A stretch of DNA of 64,000 nucleotides, taken from Bacteroidota bacterium. Its GTDB lineage: Bacteria; Bacteroidota; Bacteroidia; JABEUT01. Shown in pieces: positions 41,867 to 52,700 of the stretch (the first letter of the stretch is position 1; each line of letters opens with the position of its first letter). The DNA is taken from NCBI GenBank assembly GCA_013288205.1, contig JABDCH010000002.1, positions 1,213 through 65,212 of the forward strand, read 5' to 3'. The notes beneath the pieces are model-generated. The model saw nothing but the letters and a program-made list of their open reading frames with translations. It ran no database searches and was not told the DNA's origin. A program made the position numbers and the translations under genes.

Positions 41867-42535
41867 ATGAATATTCTGTTGATAGAGGATGAGCCTGAAG
41901 TGGCCGCATTTTTAAAAACCGGCTTGGAAGAACAGCAACACCATGTAACTATTGTTACCGATGGACTAGAAGGGGCCTCCATAGCTACAAGCCAGGAGTT
42001 TGATGTGATGATTCTGGATATTATTCTTCCTGGGCTCAACGGATTTAATGTGTGTAAACAAGTAAGGGCACATAAAAAAGACTTGCCCATATTAATGCTT
42101 ACCGCGCTTGGAACGGTGGGCGACAAAATACATGGTTTTGAAAATGGAGCCGACGATTATCTTACAAAGCCTTTTCATTTTGAAGAATTGTTGGCAAGGA
42201 TAAATGCCTTAACCCGTAGAAATAACCTGGCATCCGGCAGGATATATAAGATAGCTGATTTGGAAGTAGATTGCGATAAGGGCGTTGCGTATAGAGATGG
42301 TAAAATAGTAATGTTAACCACGAAGGAATTTACCCTATTGGAAATATTGGCCGCCAACAAAAACAAAATATTGTCGCGCAATGAAATTGCAGGAAAAGTG
42401 TGGGGTATAAACTTTGACCGGGGAACAAATCTTATTGATGTATACATCAACTATCTTCGCACTAAGATTGATAAAAACCATTCGAAAAAGCTTATTCAGA
42501 CGGTAATCGGGAGGGGATACATGCTAAAAGATTAA
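41867..42535 (+). CDS. OmpR/PhoB-family response regulator
   Basis: I prefer the start at MNILLIEDE; ATG 41858 is an alternative. 'VMILDIILPGLNG', 'TALG...D...G...GADDYLTKPF' and the winged-helix C-terminus 'TVIGRGYML'. Confidence 0.9.
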   Translation: MNILLIEDEPEVAAFLKTGLEEQQHHVTIVTDGLEGASIATSQEFDVMILDIILPGLNGFNVCKQVRAHKKDLPILMLTALGTVGDKIHGFENGADDYLTKPFHFEELLARINALTRRNNLASGRIYKIADLEVDCDKGVAYRDGKIVMLTTKEFTLLEILAANKNKILSRNEIAGKVWGINFDRGTNLIDVYINYLRTKIDKNHSKKLIQTVIGRGYMLKD

Positions 42536-42582
42536 TCAATACGGTATGAAGACCATAGACAAATTACATATTTTGCCGCTGT

Positions 42583-43929
42583 ATGAAAGTTAAAAACAGA
42601 CTTTTATTTCAGTTTACTTTCATGTTTGCTGTGTTGCTCGCTATTGTTTTACTGGGCATATTTATACTCGTTGAAAAAAACAGGAAGGATAATTTTTACG
42701 CTAAACTTGGTGACAGGGCATTGATTGTAGGTGAGCTATATCTTGCCCAGGATAATATGTCGCCTGAAGATTATAAGAAGGTAAAAGAGATATATCCTCA
42801 AACATTATCACATGAAGTTACCCGCATTTACAACGATAGATTTGAACCTGTATTTATTAAAGAAGATACGGTCCGGTGGTCAAAAGCCATTATTCAACAG
42901 GTAATAGAAAAGAAGGAAATTCATTTTACCGAAGGAAAAGAGCAAGTTGTAGGGTTATATTACATAGATAATTCGGGAAATTTTGTAGTGATAGCCTCTG
43001 CTATCGACGATTCGGGTTATCAGAGCATGAGAAGACTGGCATACATTATGCTCTTTGCCTTCCTAGTTTCATTGGGGATTACCTTTTTGGTTGGGCGATT
43101 ATTTGCAACACTGGCGTTGAGTCCTATTTTAAAAATAACGAACAATTTAAAAATTATCCGCTCTACCAGCCTTGACAGGCGGCTTACGCTTACCCGTTAC
43201 AAAAACGACGAGATAAACCAACTATCCAATACGATTAATAACTTATTGGAACACCTGGAACAATCTTTTAACGACCAGCAAGCCTTTATTACCAATGCTT
43301 CGCATGAACTAAGGACACCCTTAACAAATATAATGGGTAAAGCAGAAGTAACCTTGAAAAATGATCGTACAAGGGAAGAATATAAAAATACATTGCAAGG
43401 TATTATTGCCGAAGCCGAAAAGTTAAATGCCCTAATTACCAGTTTGCTTGAATTATCGCAGGCAAGCATTGATTCTACCGAAGTGCAAAAAGTGCGATTG
43501 GATGAGTTGGTGTGGGAAGTGGTAGATGAATGGGATAATAATACCGGGGTGGTGAAGGTTACTTATAACTTGCCCGAGGATACGGAAAAATATACGATAC
43601 AGGGAAACAGGCGCTTGTTATTTATTGCCATCAGCAATATCTTGAAAAATGCCATTAAGTTTTCAAAAAATAAAGAGGTGCTTTGTTCTGTTTTTTATAA
43701 CGAAAAAGTGGCGCAAATTTCTATAAAAGATAAAGGCATAGGGATAGATAATAAAGAGCTGCAAAATATATTCCTGCCATTTTATCGGGCGTCTAATGCG
43801 TTTAAACTTCCGGGTTCAGGTATTGGCCTTTCATTAGCAGAGAAAATAATCCGCTTGCATAATGGTAAAATTGCGGTAACATCTGCACTTAATGAAGGAA
43901 CCATCTTCACAGTAACATTTGAACAATAG
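42583..43929 (+). CDS. Sensor histidine kinase (two TM helices, HAMP, HisKA, HATPase_c)
   Basis: 448 aa. H-box 'FITNASHELRTPLT', N-box 'NILKNAIKFS', G-boxes 'DKGIGI' and 'GSGIGLSLA'. Confidence 0.85.
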   Translation: MKVKNRLLFQFTFMFAVLLAIVLLGIFILVEKNRKDNFYAKLGDRALIVGELYLAQDNMSPEDYKKVKEIYPQTLSHEVTRIYNDRFEPVFIKEDTVRWSKAIIQQVIEKKEIHFTEGKEQVVGLYYIDNSGNFVVIASAIDDSGYQSMRRLAYIMLFAFLVSLGITFLVGRLFATLALSPILKITNNLKIIRSTSLDRRLTLTRYKNDEINQLSNTINNLLEHLEQSFNDQQAFITNASHELRTPLTNIMGKAEVTLKNDRTREEYKNTLQGIIAEAEKLNALITSLLELSQASIDSTEVQKVRLDELVWEVVDEWDNNTGVVKVTYNLPEDTEKYTIQGNRRLLFIAISNILKNAIKFSKNKEVLCSVFYNEKVAQISIKDKGIGIDNKELQNIFLPFYRASNAFKLPGSGIGLSLAEKIIRLHNGKIAVTSALNEGTIFTVTFEQ

Positions 43930-43970
43930 AGGGTAAGAAGAACATAGTGATTATTAACTTGTAATTAACA

Positions 43971-43998
43971 AATTCTAATGCAATTCTAATTTCTAGAT
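43971..43998 (+). promoter_or_regulatory. 11-bp phased direct repeats AATTCTAAT-N2-AATTCTAAT(-TTCTAGAT): candidate OmpR-family response-regulator box
   Basis: AATTCTAAT at 43971-79 and at 43982-90 (period 11), followed by the related TTCTAGAT at 43991-98. The array ends 13 nt before the czcC-like -7 box. Confidence 0.4.
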
Positions 43999-44011
43999 AA
44001 TTAAAGCGGTG

Positions 44012-44019
44012 TACTTTTG
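44012..44019 (+). promoter_or_regulatory. -7 box TACTTTTG for the efflux operon
   Basis: TAnnTTTG match 24 nt upstream of ATG 44044. Confidence 0.45.
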
Positions 44020-44043
44020 TGCCCATAATAATATAGCCCTATA

Positions 44044-45348
44044 ATGCTTTTAAAGGAAATAAATCAATATCGTTCATTGTACCTTGTAGTTATTGGCTTC
44101 TTATGTACTATCCAAAGTACTAAGGCCCAAACAGCAACTCCTTTTAAAGAAGATACAGTGGTTATTAATATTCCACTTGCTGAACAACGTTTTGTAACGA
44201 AGAATCTTTCATTGCTGGCTAAGCAATATGATGTGCAAATTGCCCAGGCTGGTTATTTGCAGGCAAAACTTTGGTACAACCCTAACCTTACATACGGACA
44301 GACCTTATATAATGAAGACAGTAAAAAGTTTTTCGATAACAACTATCCGGGGGGAGAGGTTGATCGAACCTTTCAACTTCAACAGTTGCTTACCATTGGC
44401 GGCAGGCACAACGCTACAGCCAAGTTGGCTAAAATAGGGGTTACTCAAAGTCAATTTCAACTGGCCGATTTATTGCGTAGCCTGAAATATCAAATGTATA
44501 CCGATATATCAGACTTGTATAATAATCAAAGCCTGGTAGCCATGTATATTGATGAAGAAGGAAAAATAAAACACCTGGTAGAAAGCACCCGGGCACAATA
44601 CAAATTGGGTAATGAATCAGGCAATGATGTAATACGCCTGCAGGCCCAGCTGCAAGACATAGTGGCGCAGGAAATTACGGTCAGGCAAGCAGTATCAAAT
44701 GATGAAGAAGATTTGGGGATATTACTTGTTTATCCCGGCAATACATACATAGTAGTAAAAGACCTGGGAATTCCGAATGGGGAGATACCTCCCTATCTTA
44801 CTGTGTTGGATAGTGCAAAAAGCAATCGCCCGGACCTTAAACTGGCATATGCTGGAGTTAAGTATAGCGAGCAAAACCTTAAACTGCAACGTGCAACAGG
44901 GGTTCCTGACCTTACGTTGGGAATAGCTAATGTAGGCGCAGGCTCTGTGGTTCCGGATTACTGGGGCATTACGGCCAATATAGATTTGCCGGTATTCAAT
45001 CGCAACCAAGGAAATATCCGTTCGGCCAAGGAAGCAAAAAGCCAGGCTGATTTGAATGATAGCCTCGCCCTTTATTCTGTAATGAACCAGGTAACTGCGG
45101 CTTTTACTAACTTATATCGTATTAACAATCAATATTCGCAGATAGATTCGCAATATGAAAGCGATTTAAATGAAATGATGAATAATGCGATAATAAATTA
45201 TGATAAAAGATACATTAACCTGCTTGATTTATTGAGCCAGATCAGCACCTACATTGACGGTAAAACAAACCTCATTAATATGAGGGTGCAATATTTTAAT
45301 GCCATACATGCCATTAATTACACAACCGGAATAGACATAATTAAATAA
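44044..45348 (+). CDS. TolC-family outer-membrane efflux protein (CzcC-like)
   Basis: 434 aa. Signal peptide and two tandem OEP-type repeats ('RPDL', 'A....Y.........P.L', 'LP.FNRNQG'). Confidence 0.75.
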   Translation: MLLKEINQYRSLYLVVIGFLCTIQSTKAQTATPFKEDTVVINIPLAEQRFVTKNLSLLAKQYDVQIAQAGYLQAKLWYNPNLTYGQTLYNEDSKKFFDNNYPGGEVDRTFQLQQLLTIGGRHNATAKLAKIGVTQSQFQLADLLRSLKYQMYTDISDLYNNQSLVAMYIDEEGKIKHLVESTRAQYKLGNESGNDVIRLQAQLQDIVAQEITVRQAVSNDEEDLGILLVYPGNTYIVVKDLGIPNGEIPPYLTVLDSAKSNRPDLKLAYAGVKYSEQNLKLQRATGVPDLTLGIANVGAGSVVPDYWGITANIDLPVFNRNQGNIRSAKEAKSQADLNDSLALYSVMNQVTAAFTNLYRINNQYSQIDSQYESDLNEMMNNAIINYDKRYINLLDLLSQISTYIDGKTNLINMRVQYFNAIHAINYTTGIDIIK

Positions 45349-45351
45349 CCC

Positions 45352-46449
45352 ATGTTAAACAAGATATTTTCATTAGTAGTGATTGTTGTTTTCTTTCTCT
45401 GCGGATGCAAGAGGGCTGAACAGCAAACCGAAGAACAGAACACCGATTCAAACTTAGTGGAGCTTAATTCCATCCAGATGAAACAGATAACTACCGATAC
45501 GGTTAAAATGCAAGAAGAAAGAACCAACCTGGGCCTGAGTGGTAAAGTTACTTTCGATTTGGATTACCTGTCTCCGGTGTATAGCTTCGTTAGCGGAAAT
45601 GTGATGAAGGTGGGTGTTTCGCAGGGCGATTATGTAAGCAAAGGACAAACCCTTGCCGTACTTAAAAGTGCGGATGTCAGTAATTATGAAGGACAGTATG
45701 CTGTTGCACAAGGACAATTAAAAACAGCTAAAAGAAACCTCGATATAGCGAATGAATTATACAAAACAAAAGTATATTCTGAAAAGGATGTGATGCAGGC
45801 GCAGAATGATTATAAAGTAGCTCAAGCAGCCCTCCAAACGGTACAAACCTATCTTAAAACATATAAGGTATCGGGGAATGATACCAATGCTACATACACC
45901 ATAATATCGCCCATTGATGGGTATGTAGTATCTAAATCGGTTAGCGAAAATATGAATGTGAGAGCAGATAATACAAGTCCCTTATTTACCATTTCTTATT
46001 TAAAAACGGTATGGGTTCAGGCGAATGTTTATGAAAACGATATTCCGCAAATAGCTGTTGGCGACTCGGTAGATATTACTACGGTTGCATATCCTGATAA
46101 AAAAATAAAAGGAACAATTTCTAAAATTGCCAATATGCTTGATTCTTCGGCCAACACTATGCAGGCGAGGATAGTAGTTAACAATTCGGACGGGTTGCTC
46201 AAAGCAGGCATGTTTGCTACCGTAAATGTGGATCTCGATAAGCATAAAACAGCGCTCGCAGTTCCCAAAGAAGCGTTGGTATTTTACGATAACGATTATT
46301 ATGTAATGGTGTCAAAAGACAATAGCAAATTTGAGAAACGCCAGATATCCATTGAAGGCACGAATGAAACAGAAGCCTATGTATCGAAAGGATTAAAGCC
46401 CGGTGAAGTGGTGGTTTGTAAGAACAGCCTTTATGTATATGGACAATAG
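45352..46449 (+). CDS. Efflux RND periplasmic adaptor (CzcB/HlyD-like)
   Basis: 365 aa. Lipobox 'FFLCGC'. 'G.V..V.V..GD.V.KGQ.LA.L.S' is the lipoyl-like hairpin, followed by a coiled-coil and 'I.SPIDGYV'. Confidence 0.8.
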   Translation: MLNKIFSLVVIVVFFLCGCKRAEQQTEEQNTDSNLVELNSIQMKQITTDTVKMQEERTNLGLSGKVTFDLDYLSPVYSFVSGNVMKVGVSQGDYVSKGQTLAVLKSADVSNYEGQYAVAQGQLKTAKRNLDIANELYKTKVYSEKDVMQAQNDYKVAQAALQTVQTYLKTYKVSGNDTNATYTIISPIDGYVVSKSVSENMNVRADNTSPLFTISYLKTVWVQANVYENDIPQIAVGDSVDITTVAYPDKKIKGTISKIANMLDSSANTMQARIVVNNSDGLLKAGMFATVNVDLDKHKTALAVPKEALVFYDNDYYVMVSKDNSKFEKRQISIEGTNETEAYVSKGLKPGEVVVCKNSLYVYGQ

Positions 46450-46459
46450 ATGTGCTTAG

Positions 46460-49400
46460 GTGAACAAGTTTGTGAAAAATATAGTTGCTTTCTCATTAAA
46501 GAATAAATTATTTATTCTCTTTTCTACTATTGTTATTGCCATACTTGGTGCAATAGCATATAGTAAAACTCCTATTGAAGCCTATCCTGACATCACTAAT
46601 ACACAGATAATTATTATCACACAATGGCAGGGAAGAGGTGCAGAAGAGGTTGAAAGGCAGATTACAATTCCCATTGAAATAGCCATGAACTCGGTGCAGG
46701 AGAAAACATCCATTCATTCCATTACCATGTTCGGGCTATCTCAAATCACTATCATTTTTAATGATGGCGTGGATGACTACCATGCCCGTGCACAAGTAAT
46801 GAATTTACTCGGAAATGTTCAACTGCCTACAGGTGTGCAACCTGGTGTGGAGCCACCTTACGGACCTACTGATGAAATATTCAGATTCACGCTGCAGAGC
46901 AAAACGAAATCTGTACTTGAATTAAAAACCATCGAAAATTGGATTATTGAACGCAAACTAAAATCAATTGAAGGAGTTGCAGATGTTAATACCTATGGCG
47001 GGCCCACAAAGGATTATGAGGTAGATGTGGATCCCAACCTGCTTAAAAAATATGGGATAACAGCCCTTGATGTGTACACCGCTATAAGCAATAGTAATAT
47101 TAATGCAGGGGGTGATGTAATAAAGCAAGGGGAGCAGTCCCTTGTTGTGCGTGGCATTGGGTTGATAAATAATATAGATGAAATAAAAAACATCATCATT
47201 AAGAATATGAATGGTGTACCCCTCCTTGTGAAAAATGTAGCTGACGTGGGAGTAAATTATATACCGAGACTCGGCCAGGTTGGTATGGATAGTGCAACGG
47301 ATATGGTACTTGGTGTAGTGGTGATGCGCAAAGGAAAAAACCCGCAGGAGGTATTGAAAGCAATAAGGACTAAGGTTCAAGAATTAAATACTTCCATACT
47401 TCCTTCCGATGTTAAAATTGTGCCGTTCTATGACCGTAATACACTTATTACGTATTGTACCGATACCGTTTTACATAATCTTCTCGAAGGAATTATCCTT
47501 GTAATAGCTCTTGTGTTCCTCTTCATGGCCGATTGGCGGGCAACTTTAATTGTAGCCCTAATCATACCACTTTCACTCCTGTTTGCTTTTATATGCATGC
47601 AGTTAAAGGGAATGCCCGTTAACCTGCTTTCTCTTGGCGCTGTTGATTTCGGTATAATTATTGATGGAGCAGTAGTAATGGTGGAGGGCTGTTTCGTATT
47701 GTTGGATAGTAAGTACAGGGAACTGGGCAAAGAAAAATTCAATAAGCGTGCAAAAATGGGCTGGATTAAAAATACCAGTGTTAATAGGGGAAAAGCGATA
47801 TTATTTGCAAAGCTTATTATCATTACGGCACTTATTCCTATATTTTCTTTTGAAAATGTAGAAGGTAAAATCTTTTCTCCTTTAGCATTTACCTTGGGAT
47901 TTGCACTTTTGGGTGCACTCATCTTTACCTTAACTCTTGTTCCTGTATTGATACATCTTTTACTTAATAAAAATGTACATGAAAAACATAACCCAATTGT
48001 TTCAGGGCTTGAAAACGGATACATAAAAGTTTTTAACTACACCTTCAGAAGAAAGCGTTTAAGCCTCATTATGGCAGTATTGCTTCTGGGTGGAAGTTTG
48101 TATTCAGCTACATTTTTAGGTTCTGAGTTTTTACCTCATTTGGATGAAGGCGCATTATGGGTAAAAGCACAAACTCCTTTGGGAATTGATTTGTCGGTTT
48201 CTGCTGCATTAGCAGATACAATGCGAAAAGAATTAGGCAGCTTCCCCGAAGTAAAAACAGTAGTCTCACAAACAGGCAGGCCGGATGATGGCTCCGATCC
48301 GGAAGCATTTTCAGACATACAATGTGATGTTATACTGTATCCTAAGGAGGAATGGAAACGGAATATAAGCAAAGACTCTCTCATTAATGCGATGAATGAT
48401 ATTCTTGTGAAGAAACATCCAGGAGTTGTTTTTAACTTTTCCCAACCTATTCGTGATAATGTGGAACAGGCTGTTTCTGGCATGAATGCTGCATTGGGCT
48501 GCCAGATTTCGGGAGACGATTTTACGGTCTTGAATGAAAAGGCTAAACAAATTTATGATACACTAGCAAAAATAAAAGGCATTGAAGACTTAGGAATATT
48601 AAAAAACCTGGGTCAACCTGAGCTCAATGTTGATTTGGAACAAGATAAGATGGGCCTGTACGGAGTAAATACTGCCAATGCTAACGCCATAGTTCAGATG
48701 GCAATAGGCGGTCAGGCGGCCACACAGGTATTTGAAGGTGAAAGATTATTTGACCTGCGGGTACGCTATGCACCTGGGTTTAGGCAAACAACAGAAGAAT
48801 TGGGTAATTTGATGGTTCCGACTATGAATGGTGGTGAGGTTCCTCTGAAATTAATATCCACCATTACTTTGCATACCGGGATAAGCTCTATATACAGGAC
48901 GAATAATCAGCGGGTAATTGCTGTTAAATTTTCTGTTCGTGGAAGGGATATGGGAGGGGTTATTTCCGAAGCGCAAAGAAGAACAAAAGATATTAGGGTT
49001 CCCAAAGGTTATAAAGTTGATTGGATTGGAGAATACGAAAGCCAGGTAAGAGCTACAAACCGACTGAAACAAGTAGTACCTATATGTCTTTTATTAATAT
49101 TTATTTTCCTGTTTATTGCATTTGGAAACTTGAGAGATTCCAGTATCATTCTGCTTAATGTTCCGTTTGCGTTGATAGGGGGCATTATAGCACTTCTAAT
49201 TACAAATACCAATTTTAGCATTTCAGCAGGTATTGGATTTATTGCCCTGTTTGGAGTCTCCATTCAAAATGGCGTTATTCTGATTGGTGCATTTAAACGT
49301 AATATAGAGTTAAAGCATAATCTTATTGAATCTATATATAAAGGTGTTCGTGAAAGGGTTAGGCCTGTAATGATGACCGCATTAATCGATATGGTAGGCC

Positions 49401-49558
49401 TGTTTCCTGCTGCCATAAGTACAGGCATAGGCTCGGAAGCTCAAAAACCCCTTGCTATTGTTATGATAGGCGGATTGATTACGGATGTCATACTTCAATT
49501 ACTTATTCTTCCCATTATTTTTAATATGGTTTATAACCCCAGGCATAGGGTAGATTAA
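46460..49558 (+). CDS. czcA: Heavy-metal-efflux type RND permease (CusA/CzcA family), copy 1
   Basis: 1032 aa with a GTG start. 'AYPDITNTQIIIITQWQGRGAEEVE' is present, as is the TM4 proton-relay block 'GAVDFGIIIDGAVVMVEG' characteristic of HME-RND pumps. Confidence 0.9.
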   Translation: MNKFVKNIVAFSLKNKLFILFSTIVIAILGAIAYSKTPIEAYPDITNTQIIIITQWQGRGAEEVERQITIPIEIAMNSVQEKTSIHSITMFGLSQITIIFNDGVDDYHARAQVMNLLGNVQLPTGVQPGVEPPYGPTDEIFRFTLQSKTKSVLELKTIENWIIERKLKSIEGVADVNTYGGPTKDYEVDVDPNLLKKYGITALDVYTAISNSNINAGGDVIKQGEQSLVVRGIGLINNIDEIKNIIIKNMNGVPLLVKNVADVGVNYIPRLGQVGMDSATDMVLGVVVMRKGKNPQEVLKAIRTKVQELNTSILPSDVKIVPFYDRNTLITYCTDTVLHNLLEGIILVIALVFLFMADWRATLIVALIIPLSLLFAFICMQLKGMPVNLLSLGAVDFGIIIDGAVVMVEGCFVLLDSKYRELGKEKFNKRAKMGWIKNTSVNRGKAILFAKLIIITALIPIFSFENVEGKIFSPLAFTLGFALLGALIFTLTLVPVLIHLLLNKNVHEKHNPIVSGLENGYIKVFNYTFRRKRLSLIMAVLLLGGSLYSATFLGSEFLPHLDEGALWVKAQTPLGIDLSVSAALADTMRKELGSFPEVKTVVSQTGRPDDGSDPEAFSDIQCDVILYPKEEWKRNISKDSLINAMNDILVKKHPGVVFNFSQPIRDNVEQAVSGMNAALGCQISGDDFTVLNEKAKQIYDTLAKIKGIEDLGILKNLGQPELNVDLEQDKMGLYGVNTANANAIVQMAIGGQAATQVFEGERLFDLRVRYAPGFRQTTEELGNLMVPTMNGGEVPLKLISTITLHTGISSIYRTNNQRVIAVKFSVRGRDMGGVISEAQRRTKDIRVPKGYKVDWIGEYESQVRATNRLKQVVPICLLLIFIFLFIAFGNLRDSSIILLNVPFALIGGIIALLITNTNFSISAGIGFIALFGVSIQNGVILIGAFKRNIELKHNLIESIYKGVRERVRPVMMTALIDMVGLFPAAISTGIGSEAQKPLAIVMIGGLITDVILQLLILPIIFNMVYNPRHRVD

Positions 49559-49619
49559 TCACATATTCTTCCCAGAAGACTTGTAATTTCTGTTGTCAAG
49601 TCCTGTTTCTTTATTTCAC

Positions 49620-49627
49620 TATATTTG
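49620..49627 (+). promoter_or_regulatory. -7 box TATATTTG for RND permease copy 2
   Basis: TAnnTTTG match 104 nt upstream of ATG 49732, within the 173-bp spacer between the two permease genes. Confidence 0.35.
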
Positions 49628-49731
49628 TTGCATAGCTTTGTTGCGAACGGCATGGATAGCTGTTTGCAACATTGATTCTATGGTTGGGTTGTTATACTTC
49701 CATAGTTCTTATGTCAGTTTACCCTATAGTG

Positions 49732-52700
49732 ATGAATAAGTTTGTAAAAAGCATAGTAGCCTTCTCTTTAAAGAATAAAATCTTTATTCTGTTCGCCACC
49801 CTTGTTATTGGCATATTAGGTGCAATAGCTTACAATCAGACCCCCATTGAGGCATATCCTGATATTACTAACACCCAGATAATTATTATTACACAATGGC
49901 AGGGTAGAGGGGCTGAAGAAGTAGAGCGCCAAATTACCATACCCATTGAATTGGCAATGAATTCGGTGCAGGAAAAAACATCCATTCACTCCACTACCAT
50001 GTTCGGGCTATCTCAAATCACCATTATTTTTAATGACGGGGTAGACGACTACCATGCACGTGCGCAGGTAATGGATTTATTGAACAATGTGCAATTGCCG
50101 ACCGGAGTGCAGCCCGGAGTGGAGCCGCCTTATGGGCCAACGGATGAAATATATCGTTTTACTGTTCAAAGCAAACATAAGAACCCGCTTGAATTAAAAA
50201 CCATCGAAAATTGGGTTATAGAGCGCAACCTCCATTCTGTGGAAGGAGTAGCTGATGTAAACAGCTATGGAGGCCCAACAAAAGATTATGAAATAGATGT
50301 AAACCCCAATTTGTTGCGTAAGTATGGTATTACCGCATTGGATGTGTACAATGCAGTATCAAATAGTAATATCAATGCAGGGGGCGATGTAATTGACCAG
50401 GGAGAAGAATCATTTGTTGTAAGGGGCATTGGCTTGCTGAATAACATTGATGAGATAAAAAACGTCATCATTAAAAACATGAATGGCGTGCCACTATTGG
50501 TGAAGAATGTGGCCGATGTAAAAGTAAATTTTATGCCCCGCCTGGGCCGTGTGGGCATGGATACTGCCAACGATGTAGTGGAAGGGGTGGTTGTGATGCG
50601 CAAAGGGCGGAATCCGCAGCAAGTGCTAAAAGCTGTCCGGGCCAAAATAAATGAGCTAAATACATCCATACTTCCTTCCGATGTAAAAATTGTACCGTTC
50701 TATGATCGCAATACACTAATTACCTATTGTACCAAGACCGTGTTGCATAACCTGATAGAAGGGATTGTGCTGGTAATAGCCCTTGTGTTTTTGTTTATGG
50801 CCGATTGGAGGGCTACTTTAATTGTGGCTATTATCGTGCCGCTTTCCCTGCTATTTGCATTCATATGTATGCTTATAAAAGGAATGCCTGTCAACTTGCT
50901 TTCATTGGGTGCAGTTGACTTTGGGATTATTATAGATGGGGCGGTAGTGTTGGTCGAGGGATGTTTTGTAGTATTCGACCGAAAATATAAAGAACTCGGC
51001 AAGGAAAAATTTAACAAGCGGGCAAAGATGGGGTGGATAAAAAACACCACTATGGATATGGGTAAAGCCATACTCTTTGCAAAGCTTATTATCATAACTG
51101 CTTTAATCCCCATATTCTCTTTTGAAAATGTGGAAGGAAAGATATTCTCACCACTTGCCTACACATTAGGATTTGCATTACTCGGAGCTTTGATTTTTAC
51201 GCTCACTCTTGTCCCCGTTCTGATACATTTATTAATGAATAAAAATGTTTACGAAAAGCATAATCCTATTGTTATTGGATTGGAAAAAGGATATATGAAA
51301 CTTTTCCATTATACGTTCCGGCATAAACGGATGAGCCTTTTGTGCGCCTTTTTATTGCTGGGGGGAAGTTTATATATCGCCACCTTTTTAGGCTCGGAAT
51401 TTTTGCCTCATTTAGATGAAGGTGCTCTTTGGGTAAAAGCCCAAACCCCCTTAGGAATCGCGCTTCCGAATTCATCTGCTCTGGCAGACAGTATGCGCAA
51501 AGAATTGAGCAGCTTCCCGGAAGTTAAAACGGTGGTGTCGCAAACCGGAAGACCAGACGATGGCTCTGACCCGGAAGCTTTTTCCGATATACAGTGCGAT
51601 GTTATTTTATATCCTAAAGAAGAATGGAAGCAGGACATTAGTAAAGACTCCCTCATTGATGAAATGAATGATTTGTTGGCTAGGAAACATGAGGGAGTAG
51701 TTTTTAATTTCTCCCAACCTATTCGTGATAATGTGGAACAAGCCGTTTCGGGAATGAATGCCGCCCTGGGATGCCAAATTTCAGGCGCTGATTTTGCAGT
51801 GCTGAATGAAAAGGCCGCGCAAATTTATGATACCCTTACCAAAATCAAGGGTATCGAAGATTTGGGCGTATTAAAAAACCTGGGACAGCCTGAACTCGAT
51901 ATTGATCTGGAGCAGGATAAAATGGGATTATATGGGGTAAGTACTGCTAATGCCAATGCAGTGGTGCAAATGGCCATAGGTGGTCAAGCTGCTACTCAAG
52001 TATTTGAAGGTGAGAGATTATTTGACCTGAGAGTGCGTTATGCGCCTCAGTTCAGACAAACGCAGGAAGGACTGGGGAACCTGATGGTGCCAACTATAAA
52101 TGGAGGTGAAGTACCGCTGAAATTAATTTCTACTATAACACAAAAAACAGGTGTCAGTTCTATATACCGGACCAATAACCAGCGGGTAATAGCTGTTAAA
52201 TTTTCTGTTCGCGACAGGGATATGGGCAGCGCTATTGCCGAAGCGCAGCGGAGAACAGAGAATGTGAAAGTACCAAAAGGTTATAAAATAGAATGGATTG
52301 GTGAATTCCAGAGCCAGGTAAGGGCTGTAAACAGGCTTAAACAAGTTGTTCCTATCAGTTTGCTGTTGATTTTTATTATCTTATTTGCGACTTTTGGCAA
52401 TTTACGCGATTCTACCATTATTCTTCTGAATGTTCCGTTTGCTTTAATCGGAGGGATATTTGCACTCCTAATTACTAATACCAATTTTAGTATATCGGCA
52501 GGTATTGGATTTATAGCCTTGTTTGGGGTTTGTATTCAAAACGGGGTTATACTTATTGTCCAGTTTAAACGAAATACAGAGCATAAGCAGAATCTGACAG
52601 AATCTATTATTAATGGAGTAAGGGAAAGAGTTCGTCCTGTAGTTATGACTGCCTTGATAGATATGGTTGGTTTATTCCCTGCGGCAATAAGTACCGGTAT

